Virus record (IMG/VR): IMGVR_UViG_3300043409_002847
Coordinates: 1-27,793 of that record
Strand: one strand, 5' to 3'
From: a virus
Taxonomy: Duplodnaviria > Caudoviricetes
DNA: 27,793 bases
Under the pieces are notes generated by a model. It searched no databases, had not been told where the DNA came from, and was given only the letters and a program-made list of their open reading frames with translations. This document shows positions 1-10,000 of the stretch, one piece after another. Every line of letters begins with the position of its first letter. The first letter of the stretch is position 1. A program made the position numbers and the translations under genes.

Positions 1-1
1 G

Positions 2-1498
2 TTTGACGACAAAGGTAGATTGATCACGCTGCCCACCAAGAAATACATTCCCATCATATTCAGCAACATTGAGATTAAGTTGACCAGTGCTGGGGCGGAA
101 TATTCAGTCACAGCAGTGCCTTATAATTATCACACTTCGTTGAAGGCATATGGTACAATTGCTCGTGCAATGGAGCTGACTGGAGAAACCCTGGGTGACT
201 TGATTGTTGGACTTAAAAGTTTAAAGGCGGCATTGACTTCAACACCAGCTGAGGAAAAAGAGATTTTGACCAAAAACCCCACTGTGTATGATTTTCAATT
301 TGAAACTGTGCCTGACATTGATCTCAAAAACATCCCCATGGCTAACCCTGTGGACATTCCTATCAAAGATGGTGAAATGGACGCAGCAGCTGACGCCGCA
401 CTGGGATTATTAAAAAATTTAAAAAATTATCAGCTGCTGAATTCTGCCAGACAACCACTGGATCGTAAAAAAAGCGTAGTGAATTTCAATCAAGGCACAT
501 CCATTGAAGAAATTATCAAACGACTAGTGATGAACAGCACTTATATCACTAACCAAATAACCAAGTTTAAAACAGACGCCGCAAAGGCAGCTGCCATAAC
601 GGATCCAGCGGCGCGGGACGTCGCTATCAAGGAATTGAACAAACCATTGAACTGGTTCAAGATACGCACCAAGGTGGTCCCCACTAACCAATATGATACT
701 GGTTCCAACACCCAGCAAAAACAAGTCACATATATCATAACGCCAGTGCAGGTATTTGATACTGGCACTTTGGGTAAGACATTGGTACCATCAGCAGACC
801 CCAGTAACTTGGTGGTCAAAGAATACTTCTATTTCTTCACTGGTAAGAACACTGAAATATTAAATCTAGATATCAAACTGGATAACAACCTATTCACATA
901 CAAACCCAATAATGCTGGTGTAGCTAGTCAGGTAACTGATGATTTTTCATCTCCTGATACTGTTAACAATAGTGCAACTCCCACGACCACACTACCATTG
1001 TTGGGCGGTCTCCAGAAAACACAACCTGTGGAACTAACGGGTGCGGGTACAGGTATAGGCAACAATACAGCAGATCGAGCTGCTGCACAAATGGTGGCGG
1101 AATCATTGTTCAGCAGGGTAAATCTCATTGAAGCCAACATGGAAATAATGGGCGACCCAGATCTGATCAAACAAGATGGTATTTTTTATGTTTCTACAAT
1201 CGCCAATAACCTGGATAACATTGGTTTCCCCACCGAAACCCTGGATAGATATATACGATTACAGTTTAAGTCTCCGCGTGACATCAACACTGACACTGGA
1301 ATAACAGATTTTAAAGATTCCACTGATACTGTGTTCAACGGTATATATCGATTTAATCAGGTCACCAGTGAGTTTAAACAGGGAAAGTTTACTCAGAATG
1401 TAAAGATGATACGGTGTCTCAGTGATGATATCAAAATTGGCGGGGTCACTGCCAAAGTTAATAATACACGTACTCCACCCACACCACCTAACCCCTAA
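2..1498 (+). CDS. Tail/baseplate hub-like structural protein (5'-truncated by the window edge)
   Basis: The frame is open from base 2 (TTT GAC GAC AAA GGT AGA TTG...), so the TTG at 20 is probably internal. C-terminal motifs 'YFFTGKNTEILNLDIK', 'IEANMEIMGDP' and 'FNGIYRFNQVTSEFKQGKFTQNVKMIR' resemble hub/late-control-D-like proteins. It lies directly upstream of the gp5-like gene. Confidence 0.6.
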   Translation, partial: FDDKGRLITLPTKKYIPIIFSNIEIKLTSAGAEYSVTAVPYNYHTSLKAYGTIARAMELTGETLGDLIVGLKSLKAALTSTPAEEKEILTKNPTVYDFQFETVPDIDLKNIPMANPVDIPIKDGEMDAAADAALGLLKNLKNYQLLNSARQPLDRKKSVVNFNQGTSIEEIIKRLVMNSTYITNQITKFKTDAAKAAAITDPAARDVAIKELNKPLNWFKIRTKVVPTNQYDTGSNTQQKQVTYIITPVQVFDTGTLGKTLVPSADPSNLVVKEYFYFFTGKNTEILNLDIKLDNNLFTYKPNNAGVASQVTDDFSSPDTVNNSATPTTTLPLLGGLQKTQPVELTGAGTGIGNNTADRAAAQMVAESLFSRVNLIEANMEIMGDPDLIKQDGIFYVSTIANNLDNIGFPTETLDRYIRLQFKSPRDINTDTGITDFKDSTDTVFNGIYRFNQVTSEFKQGKFTQNVKMIRCLSDDIKIGGVTAKVNNTRTPPTPPNP

Positions 1499-1509
1499 GG
1501 ATAAAGTCA

Positions 1510-3150
1510 ATGCCAGAAAGATCTAGTAGAATACGCTCCGGAAAACCCGCTGACTTCTCCCAGAATAACCTCCGTGGAGTTATGGAGTCTCCTGGGCCGT
1601 ATATCGGAATTGTAAAATGGAATATGGATCAAACCTGCGCTGGTAGACTTCAGGTGTTTATTCCTGATCTGGGTGTAGCTGACGAAAACAAACCCACGTC
1701 CTGGTACACAGTAGGCTACGCAAGTCCATTCAGGGGAAAAACTCCTGTGAGTCAGGTCATTTCTTCTGGGGTTGATGAGGAAAGCAGTAGCCAGAGTTAC
1801 GGGTTCTGGTTTGTTCCGCCAGATGTTGGTGTGCGTGTTATATGTTTCTTTATGAATGCTGATCCAGCGCAGGGTTACTGGACAGCTTGTATAAATGATC
1901 CACAGGACAGTTACATGACTCCGGGAATTGCCACGTCCAGTTTTTTTAAATGGGATCCCGCGCTACCAAACCAGAGTATTCTGCGGAAATATATTGAACT
2001 AGCCGACGGCCAACTGCCCAGTACACTACCAGTGAGTGAAGCTCTGGTGTCGAAGTCTGTGAAACCTGATAACCTGTTCAGCATATCACGCTTTCCTCAC
2101 ATTTATCAATCCATGAGATTGGGGATTCAGGGTTTATGTTTTGACACCATCCGTGGGCCAGTTAGTTCATCCAGCAATCGCGAATCACCCAGTCAGGTTT
2201 ATGGCATCAGTACTCCGGGCAGACACTGGATGATGGCCGACACCACTGCCAGTCAGCAGTTTCTCAGAGAACCTGATGCCACCGCTGCTAAGAAACTAGA
2301 AAAACACTTCCGTACTGGCGGTCATCAGTTTGTCATGGATGATGGATCCACTGATGGACTGGATCAGATGATTCGGATACGCAGCACACATGGCAACATG
2401 ATCATGCTGGACGATACTAATGAGCAAATTTATATAGTAAATGCTCGTGGTACTGCATGGATTGAGCTCAGCCCCAGTGGCAGAATTGACATCTATGCTG
2501 AGAATGATTTCAGTGTACGCAGCAAAGGCAACTTAAATTTCCACTCCGAGCGAGACTTTAATATTCATGCCAGGGGAAATATCAATGTTAAATCTGAGAA
2601 AATTTCCAACTGGCACAGCCAGGGTAACTTAAATCTAAAAACGTCAGCCACAGCCACAGTGTTTAGTCAGGATAACATGAACATCGGCACCCAGAAAACC
2701 CTGAGTATGTCAGCTCAGATCAATATCAACGCAGAATCTAAGCAGGATACCAATTGGAAAAGCAAGAATTACAAACTGTTGGCCACTGCTGGAGCTACCT
2801 TGTTTGGCCAGGGCTCGGTGAACATCGGAGCCACTGGCTCATTGAATGTCTATAGCACTGCGTCACTGAGTCTTAGCAGTACTGGCAAAGTGGTAATCAG
2901 CGGTACTCCGTTGTTGGAAAACACTGGGTCTGGAACGCCAGTGACAGCTCCCACTATAACTCCAGCCACAGTCACTGCGCCAGCTGATATCCCACTGGTT
3001 AGTCATCCTGCTACTGCACAGGTCAGTGGTAAACAAACCTGGTGGACTGGTGTTAATTTTCAGAGTATTGTATCCAGAGCTCCAGATCACGAGCCATGGA
3101 AAAATCACGAAAAATACTCAGTAAAATCTGCACCACCTCCCAGTGTATAA
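1510..3150 (+). CDS. Baseplate spike/hub protein, T4 gp5/VgrG-like (OB-fold plus C-terminal beta-helix; no evident lysozyme domain)
   Basis: N-terminal 'GPYIGIVKWNMDQTCAGRLQVFIP...YGFWFVPPDVGVRVICFF' is a gp5 OB-fold pattern. 'GGHQFVMDD...IRSTHGNMIMLDDTNE' is followed by short beta-strand repeats. It precedes gp25. Confidence 0.8.
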   Translation: MPERSSRIRSGKPADFSQNNLRGVMESPGPYIGIVKWNMDQTCAGRLQVFIPDLGVADENKPTSWYTVGYASPFRGKTPVSQVISSGVDEESSSQSYGFWFVPPDVGVRVICFFMNADPAQGYWTACINDPQDSYMTPGIATSSFFKWDPALPNQSILRKYIELADGQLPSTLPVSEALVSKSVKPDNLFSISRFPHIYQSMRLGIQGLCFDTIRGPVSSSSNRESPSQVYGISTPGRHWMMADTTASQQFLREPDATAAKKLEKHFRTGGHQFVMDDGSTDGLDQMIRIRSTHGNMIMLDDTNEQIYIVNARGTAWIELSPSGRIDIYAENDFSVRSKGNLNFHSERDFNIHARGNINVKSEKISNWHSQGNLNLKTSATATVFSQDNMNIGTQKTLSMSAQININAESKQDTNWKSKNYKLLATAGATLFGQGSVNIGATGSLNVYSTASLSLSSTGKVVISGTPLLENTGSGTPVTAPTITPATVTAPADIPLVSHPATAQVSGKQTWWTGVNFQSIVSRAPDHEPWKNHEKYSVKSAPPPSV

Positions 3151-3157
3151 AGATGAT

Positions 3158-3165
3158 GATAAATA
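3158..3165 (+). promoter_or_regulatory. T4-type late promoter-like motif GATAAATA
   Basis: 7/8 match to TATAAATA, in the intergenic gap, followed by GAGGA (SD-like) and the ATG at 3183. Confidence 0.6.
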
Positions 3166-3182
3166 CCTCAGAGGAATAGATT

Positions 3183-3566
3183 ATGTCAATTTATCGTGGG
3201 TTCAGCACTGTCAACGCCGGGAGTCAGAAACGGTTTACTCTGATAGATCGTGAATTAATTAAACAAGATTTGCTGAACGCCCTGAACACCAGATTGGGCA
3301 GCAGATTGATGTTACCCAAAGAAGGTTGCGTGATCTGGGAATTACTGTATGAGCCGTTGACTTCAGAGGTGCAAAAAGAAATATCAGATAATCTCACACA
3401 GTTGGTTAACAGTGATCCCAGAGTGGTATTAACCAGCATAAACATTGTGAGTCAGGAAGATCAGAACACTGTGACAGTGGAGATGCAGCTGGTTTACACT
3501 GCTACCAATCAGACTGAAGTGATGCGCGTGCTGTTTGACACACAACAATCTGTAGCCAGTGTTTAA
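3183..3566 (+). CDS. Baseplate wedge subunit, gp25/GPW family
   Basis: 127 aa with 'LIKQDLLNALNTRLGSRLMLPKEGCVIWELLYEPL...DPRV', the gp25-family pattern; sits between gp5-like and gp6-like genes. Confidence 0.9.
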   Translation: MSIYRGFSTVNAGSQKRFTLIDRELIKQDLLNALNTRLGSRLMLPKEGCVIWELLYEPLTSEVQKEISDNLTQLVNSDPRVVLTSINIVSQEDQNTVTVEMQLVYTATNQTEVMRVLFDTQQSVASV

Positions 3567-3586
3567 AGTACTTATATTATGGTGAT

Positions 3587-3594
3587 CATAAATA
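3587..3594 (+). promoter_or_regulatory. T4-type late promoter-like motif CATAAATA
   Basis: 7/8 match to TATAAATA; shares ATAAATACC with the 3158 motif; followed by AGGA and the ATG at 3613. Confidence 0.6.
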
Positions 3595-3612
3595 CCAGAC
3601 ATAGGAAATACC

Positions 3613-6600
3613 ATGAGCCAACAGCAGCGTAATCAAAATCTTTACGGGGTCCAGGACTGGAAAAATATGTACCAGACCTTTCGCGATGCAGATTTCAAGA
3701 GCTATGACTACGAAACTCTGCGAAAAAGCATGGTGGATTTTCTCAGATTATACAATCCAGAAAACTTCAACGATTACATCAACAGCAGTGAATATGTATC
3801 ACTAATTGATCTCATCAGCTTCATGGGGCAGAGTCTCAGCTTTCGTATGGACCTCAATGCTCGTGAAAATTTTCTAGAAACTGCTCAGCGCCGTGATAGT
3901 ATACTACGGTTAAGTAATCTGGTTAATTATGTACCCAAACGAAACTCAGCAGCCAGTGGAGCACTTAGAATTGACACAGTGAGAACTGACGAAACCATTC
4001 TGGACAGTATGGGTCGCGCACTGACCAATGTAAGTATTACTTGGAATGATCGCAGTAACTCCACTTGGCAGGAACAATGGAACACTATACTCAATGCAGC
4101 TATTACCAGCAGCCAACAAGTGGGTCGTCCAGGCAACAGCACCACCATTGACGGTATATTAACTAGTTTGTACACTGTGGATTTACCTGCTGGTCAAAGT
4201 GCGCCATTTAAGTACACTGCCACAGTAAACAACACGCTGATGCCGTTTGAAGTTATCAACCCTAAAATCAACCAGGGTGCATTAACAGAGTATGGCAGCA
4301 ACATCAGAACAATTTTCAACTTGCTGTACCGTGATGATCAGCAGGGATACAGCAGCAACAACACTGGGTTCTTCTTGAACTTCAAACAAGGAATTTTGCT
4401 GTCTGAGCGTTTCAGCGTCACTGAAAGTTTACCCAATCGTCAGGTTTATCTAGCATCAGCTGGTATAAACAACACCGATGTATGGCTATACCAAGTTGGC
4501 TCCACCAATGCACTCACCGCATGGACTAAGTTGGACTCAGTCAGTGGCAGCACACTGAGTTATAACACTGCCAGCAGCACCATCAAGACTGTGTATTCGC
4601 TGATGAGTCGTGCTGAAGATTCTGTAACTTTGGTGTTTGGTGATGGCGTATTTGGTGAAATTCCAGTGGGTAACTTTGTCACTTATTATCGTGTCAGCAA
4701 TGGACTGAGTTATCGTATCACTCCAGCTGAAATGACCAATGTTATCATAAACATTCCTTATCTCAGCAAATCAGGTCGTACACAGATTCTCACAGTGACT
4801 GCCAGTCTCAAGTACACTGTGGCTAACAGTGCTGCGCGGGAAACACTGGATGACATTAAGCTCAAAGCGCCACAGAACTATTATACCCAGAACCGCATGG
4901 TCAACGGTCAGGATTACAACAGTTTTCCCTATGTAAAGTACAACAACATTGTCAAGATTAAATCAGTTAATCGTACCAGCAGCGGCGTTAGTCGTTACTT
5001 GGATGTGATTGATCCCACTGGTAGATTCAGCAGCACCAATATAGTGGGTGATGATGGTTATCTGTATACTGATACCACAAACCAGACCAGCAGCTTTACT
5101 TTTACTACTCGTGATGATGTGGTAGAAAAAGTAAACAATCTGGTGTTGCCAGCCATTGCTGATGCCAGTATGCTGGCCATGTTTTACCAGAATTACAGTG
5201 CGCAGAATGTCAGCAGCACTGTTATAAAATGGAACCTGGTACTTGCTGACAACGATGTCAGCAGTGGTTATATAACAGACAATACCAATACGTTGCTCAC
5301 CACCGAAAATGCAGTATTTACTGCTTTTAATGTCAACCGATTCAGAGTGGGAGCCGTGCTGAAGTTTGCCGCACCCTCGGGTAAGATATTCAACTACGAC
5401 AACCGCCTAGTCACTGCTGGCGCCACTGTGCTAATGAATCAGCATCCATACATTTTTGCCACAGTAACCAGTATTAGTTACCAGGGCAGAGGTAATCAGA
5501 CTGGCAATGCCAATGAGGGTCGTGACCTAGATGGTACTGGAGCCATTGTGCTGAGTGAAAAGATTCCCACAGGCGCTTTACTAACTGCGGTTTTACCCAC
5601 ATTTACTCCGGTATTACCAGCTAATATACAGACACAGCTGGTAACCGCATTGGTTGCTCGGCAGAGCGTGGGATTGAAATATGTTGCTGGCAGCAGCAAT
5701 ACTGACAGTGTGGGAACTTGGTTTGTGTCCACGGAAATTCCTGTTACTGGTTCCAGTTTTTCAGAGCCCAGATATGACACATCAGTTAATGGCACTGATA
5801 AATGGTTGCTGGCATTTAACTATGCCAGCAACACCTACACGGTGACACAGCGCAGTGTGAGATATTACTATGGCAGTGAACGCCAGACCAGATTCTTCTA
5901 CGATCCCAGGGTTAAGATATATGACCCAGCCAGCGGTAAACTGCTGAAAGATCAGATTGATGTGCTGAAGCCCAACACATTGCCTAATCAGTCTGGATCT
6001 CCATTTAGTAATGATATCACTATGTCAGTATACAACTCAGTGATTGAGTCAGATGGATACTTGGATGACACCAAGGTCCAGGTGACATTTGCTGATAAAA
6101 ACAGCAATGGATCGCCAGATACTCCTTATTTCTATACTGACATTGTGGGTACTCCGGGCGATACCCCGCCCAATGCTGGTAATGTGAACAGCTATGTTTT
6201 CTTCTTCAACAATCAGAACAACGGCGGTAGTCGGTTATCAGTACTGAAACAGGGTGTAGTGAAGTTAGTAAACACTGTGGCTGATATCGATCCTCTGACA
6301 TACACCAATGGTGATATTGTGTTTACGCTGGATGCTAAATTGTTCTACAAGATTACCCGCAATGGTGATACCGCCAGCAAGGCAACTGTAACTGGCTACA
6401 GTTATCGTATGGGCAGGCAGAAAATTAAGTATCAGTACCGTCACAACGCGCCAGCTGATCGCCGTATTGATCCCAGCCCCAGCAATATTATTGACATCTA
6501 TGTGCTGGAAAAAAACTATGCTGATGATTATATCTTGTGGATACGCGATTACACTGGCACAGTAACTCAACCCACTGAGCCCACAACTGAAAGTTTGAGA

Positions 6601-7041
6601 AATGACTTTGCTGACCTGGAAAATTATCGCATGATCAGTGACTTGATCATATACAGTTCAGCTACTTTCAAGCCATTGTTTGGCAGCAAAGCTGACGCCA
6701 ATCTACAATGCCAGTTTGTGGTGGTCAAGAATGCCAATGTGGTTGTAAGTGACAGTGAAGTACGGAGTCAGGTGGTCAGTAAAATCAATGATTACTTCAG
6801 TGTGGACAACTGGGACTTTGGTGAAACTTTTTACTTCAGTGATTTGGCATCTTATTTACACACAGAACTCAGCACCATAATTAGTAGTGTACACCTGGTG
6901 CCCACCAGCACTGGGCAAGTTTACGGTGATTTACAGCAGATCCGTTGTCAGCCCGATGAGATATTGACCAGCGCGGCCACGGTATTGGATATTAATGTGG
7001 TGACTAACTTGACTAATACAGTATTGAGAGTGGGTAACTAA
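3613..7041 (+). CDS. Baseplate wedge subunit, T4 gp6-like (extended, 1142 aa)
   Basis: 'DFKSYDYETLR...FNDY...ENFLETAQRRDSILRLSNLVNYVPKR', 'LVFGDGVFGEIP' and 'ETLDDIKLKAPQNYYTQNRMVNGQDY' are gp6/baseplate-J hallmarks; directly follows gp25. Confidence 0.88.
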   Translation: MSQQQRNQNLYGVQDWKNMYQTFRDADFKSYDYETLRKSMVDFLRLYNPENFNDYINSSEYVSLIDLISFMGQSLSFRMDLNARENFLETAQRRDSILRLSNLVNYVPKRNSAASGALRIDTVRTDETILDSMGRALTNVSITWNDRSNSTWQEQWNTILNAAITSSQQVGRPGNSTTIDGILTSLYTVDLPAGQSAPFKYTATVNNTLMPFEVINPKINQGALTEYGSNIRTIFNLLYRDDQQGYSSNNTGFFLNFKQGILLSERFSVTESLPNRQVYLASAGINNTDVWLYQVGSTNALTAWTKLDSVSGSTLSYNTASSTIKTVYSLMSRAEDSVTLVFGDGVFGEIPVGNFVTYYRVSNGLSYRITPAEMTNVIINIPYLSKSGRTQILTVTASLKYTVANSAARETLDDIKLKAPQNYYTQNRMVNGQDYNSFPYVKYNNIVKIKSVNRTSSGVSRYLDVIDPTGRFSSTNIVGDDGYLYTDTTNQTSSFTFTTRDDVVEKVNNLVLPAIADASMLAMFYQNYSAQNVSSTVIKWNLVLADNDVSSGYITDNTNTLLTTENAVFTAFNVNRFRVGAVLKFAAPSGKIFNYDNRLVTAGATVLMNQHPYIFATVTSISYQGRGNQTGNANEGRDLDGTGAIVLSEKIPTGALLTAVLPTFTPVLPANIQTQLVTALVARQSVGLKYVAGSSNTDSVGTWFVSTEIPVTGSSFSEPRYDTSVNGTDKWLLAFNYASNTYTVTQRSVRYYYGSERQTRFFYDPRVKIYDPASGKLLKDQIDVLKPNTLPNQSGSPFSNDITMSVYNSVIESDGYLDDTKVQVTFADKNSNGSPDTPYFYTDIVGTPGDTPPNAGNVNSYVFFFNNQNNGGSRLSVLKQGVVKLVNTVADIDPLTYTNGDIVFTLDAKLFYKITRNGDTASKATVTGYSYRMGRQKIKYQYRHNAPADRRIDPSPSNIIDIYVLEKNYADDYILWIRDYTGTVTQPTEPTTESLRNDFADLENYRMISDLIIYSSATFKPLFGSKADANLQCQFVVVKNANVVVSDSEVRSQVVSKINDYFSVDNWDFGETFYFSDLASYLHTELSTIISSVHLVPTSTGQVYGDLQQIRCQPDEILTSAATVLDINVVTNLTNTVLRVGN

Positions 7042-7044
7042 AAA

Positions 7045-10000
7045 ATGGCAATCAATAAGACTATCGATTTACTTCCAGAATATTTTAGAACAATACCCAA
7101 TCAGCGTTTCCTCAACAGCACGCTGGATCGCCTGGTAAGTGACCCCAACCTCAGAAACTTTGACGGTTATGTGGGCCGTAGGTTAGTCAACGGTGCGCCA
7201 CTGGCTGGAAACTATATCACCGAGCCCAGCACATTCAGAACTGACTATCAGTTGGAACCAGAATTTGTATTTGCTCAGCCAGGATCACCCACTCGCGCCG
7301 CTGGTTTCAAGGATGTGCTGAACAGTGTGGCCAGCCAGGGTGGCAAAATTGATGCATGGAACCGCCTGCTTACTGACAACTCCTACACCTATCAGGGATT
7401 CGTGGATCTGGATAAATTCACAAATTACTTCAACTATGTGTGGATCCCAGAGCCCAGAAAGATCAATGGAACTCGTGTGGATGAGAATCCCTGGTTCAGA
7501 ACCCCAGTGCAAATCAGCAACAGCACTTTACCCACCACAGCGACTTATACAGTAACCCGCACCAGCAACGGACTATCGGTTACAGATTTCGATGGATTAA
7601 ATCCAGAAATATTCCTAGCGCGTGGTGGTAATTACACATTCAAAGTTCAACCCAACGACTACTCTGCTGGTATCCGCACAGCTAAATCAGTGACTCAGCT
7701 ATCCAGTGTCAGCCCAGTATTAGCCAGCAGTCAGTTTCCACTGTTTGGTAACTCCAGTGGGAAATTTGTGGCCGCTGGAGGCTTAGTGGTTACTGATGTT
7801 GTGGACTTTAACTTTAAATATTCACAGTTTGCAGTGGAATGCTGGGTCTGGATTGACAGCAATCAGAATTCAGGTGATCAGGTCATAGTGGGTCAGTGGT
7901 CATTTAATGACACTGCCAACAGCAGCTGGGCATTGATCAGAACTGGCTCACCCAACACACTGAAATTCTGCTGGGTGGATGCTGCCACAGGATCAGTATC
8001 CGAGTTAGTGTACGCCGCGGGCGCAGTCAGCACTGGTGCTTGGCATCATGTTGCGGTTACCCGTGTTAGTGGCACAGCAAGATTGTATGTGGATGGCTAT
8101 CAGGCAGTTACTGGCAGCATGGGCACCATTGCCAGATCTGACAAAGCATTGACCATTGGTGCTGATACTCAGAACAGCATGGCCTTCCGTGGATTCATCA
8201 ATGATCTACGCATCACCAATGGCTATGCTAGATACACTGATGTTTATTACGCATTACCCAGTGGCACCACAGTCAATGATAACAACACTGTGTTGCTAAT
8301 AACCTTTGACGGGGTACTGGGATCATCAGTTTTTACTGATAATACTCAGACTAATGCCAGCCGAACATGGATTCAGTCTCATCCAGGTACTCCGGGATTT
8401 ATTCCCTCTAACCCCAATCTCACAGCACGCGACATTCTGGGTGTAAACAACAACGGTGTTACCACTGGTGATATTGTGTTCAATGTGCCCAGACTAGCTG
8501 ATGAAAGCTATTGGAGAAATCTCAGCGTAACTGGCATCCAAACCCTGGACTTTGTGGATTTAGCTACTAATTTACAATTTGATCAGATTGACGGCAAATC
8601 CATCGACACTTTTGTACAGGTTCCAGCTTCGTTAACTGACAGTGATCTCACTGGACATCGTGGAGGTATTGATGGAGTCACTGATCTCAATGGCAAGACA
8701 CTGATATTTGTCACAGGGCAGAGTGCTGGATGGCAGCGAATTGAACCATTTGAATTTAATGGATTGGAAGTGGGTACATTTGAAAATACCACACCCATAC
8801 TCAATAGTCAGTGGTATGGTATCTGGACCTGTCAGGTAATCAATGGACTGATTCGTTTGAATTTCGTGGCCAACATCAGCGGTCAACATCGTGTCAAAGT
8901 CAAGAACGGCGGTACTTATCGCAACACTAGCTGGTATAAAACCGCCGATAACAGCGCATTGGCTCGTGTACCCGCACTGAGTGGAAATTTAACCACTCTG
9001 TATTTGCAGGATGATCAGAACACAGCCAACATTCTGCCATTGGGCATCATCAATACTGATGTGCCTGTGCTGGATATCGATCGTGATATTGTGGGACAAA
9101 AATATTATACCAGCGGCAATGGAGTTAAGTTTATTGACGGCCTCAGGGTAACATTTGGCTCAGACGCAGTTCCTGCCAGCTACTGCAATCTGGTGCTGGT
9201 ATACCAGTCCACATTTACCAATCAGATCGGAATTGCTGACTCCACTATTGCGCTGCTGGATGTTGGGGAAATCCAGTCTGGGTTTTTCCTAGAAGCCAAC
9301 ACTGAAACCATGCTGGTCCACTCGGTGAATTATCAGGCCAACACTGTGACAGTAACTCGCGGCTACAATAGCGTTGCCACAGCACATGGTGATAACTCCT
9401 GGTGTAAAATTCTCACAGCGCCCAGCTACATCGTGGAAGGCGTGGGCTCGGCTATCACACTGGTTCCCTATCAGCAACTCACCACTCAGGAACCATATTT
9501 AGACAACGCACAAAATCCAGATTACATCACAGTAAATCGTGCCAGTGCAGATCGTAATCCCTGGAGCAGAACCAATCGTTGGTTTAATTATGCTGTGATT
9601 GAAAACACACTGGCCTACCTACAAGCTCAGGGAGTGACAGTGTCAGCTCCCAGCTCAGTGTCTCGAGCAGTTAGGCCCATATTGGAATTCCGCAGCGGTC
9701 TTAAACTCTATGACTTTGGAACACAGTCACTGGCTCAGGTGCAGTTGCTGGACAGTCAAATTAACGACGCTCTGAGCAATATCAATGGTCGTCGTGTTAC
9801 TGACACACAGAGCTTGACATTAAATGGTCATCTATTAGTGGATGGTGACCTGGTGATATTCAATAACGACACTGAGTCTCAGGTGCGAGGAAAAGTTTAT
9901 CAGATACAATATGTGGATGTGGATGGTGATTTAAATTTATTCAGTCGTGCGCCAGTGCGTGTGGCATCCACCACCAATGTCAACATTACCAGTCCTGGCA

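Noticed and set aside
1510-7041. Bacterial T6SS or extracellular contractile injection system
   Set aside because: The extended gp6, giant gp7-like gene, phage-type fibre N-terminus, late-promoter motifs and Rnl1 fit a large phage better; no T6SS membrane-complex or ATPase genes are present.
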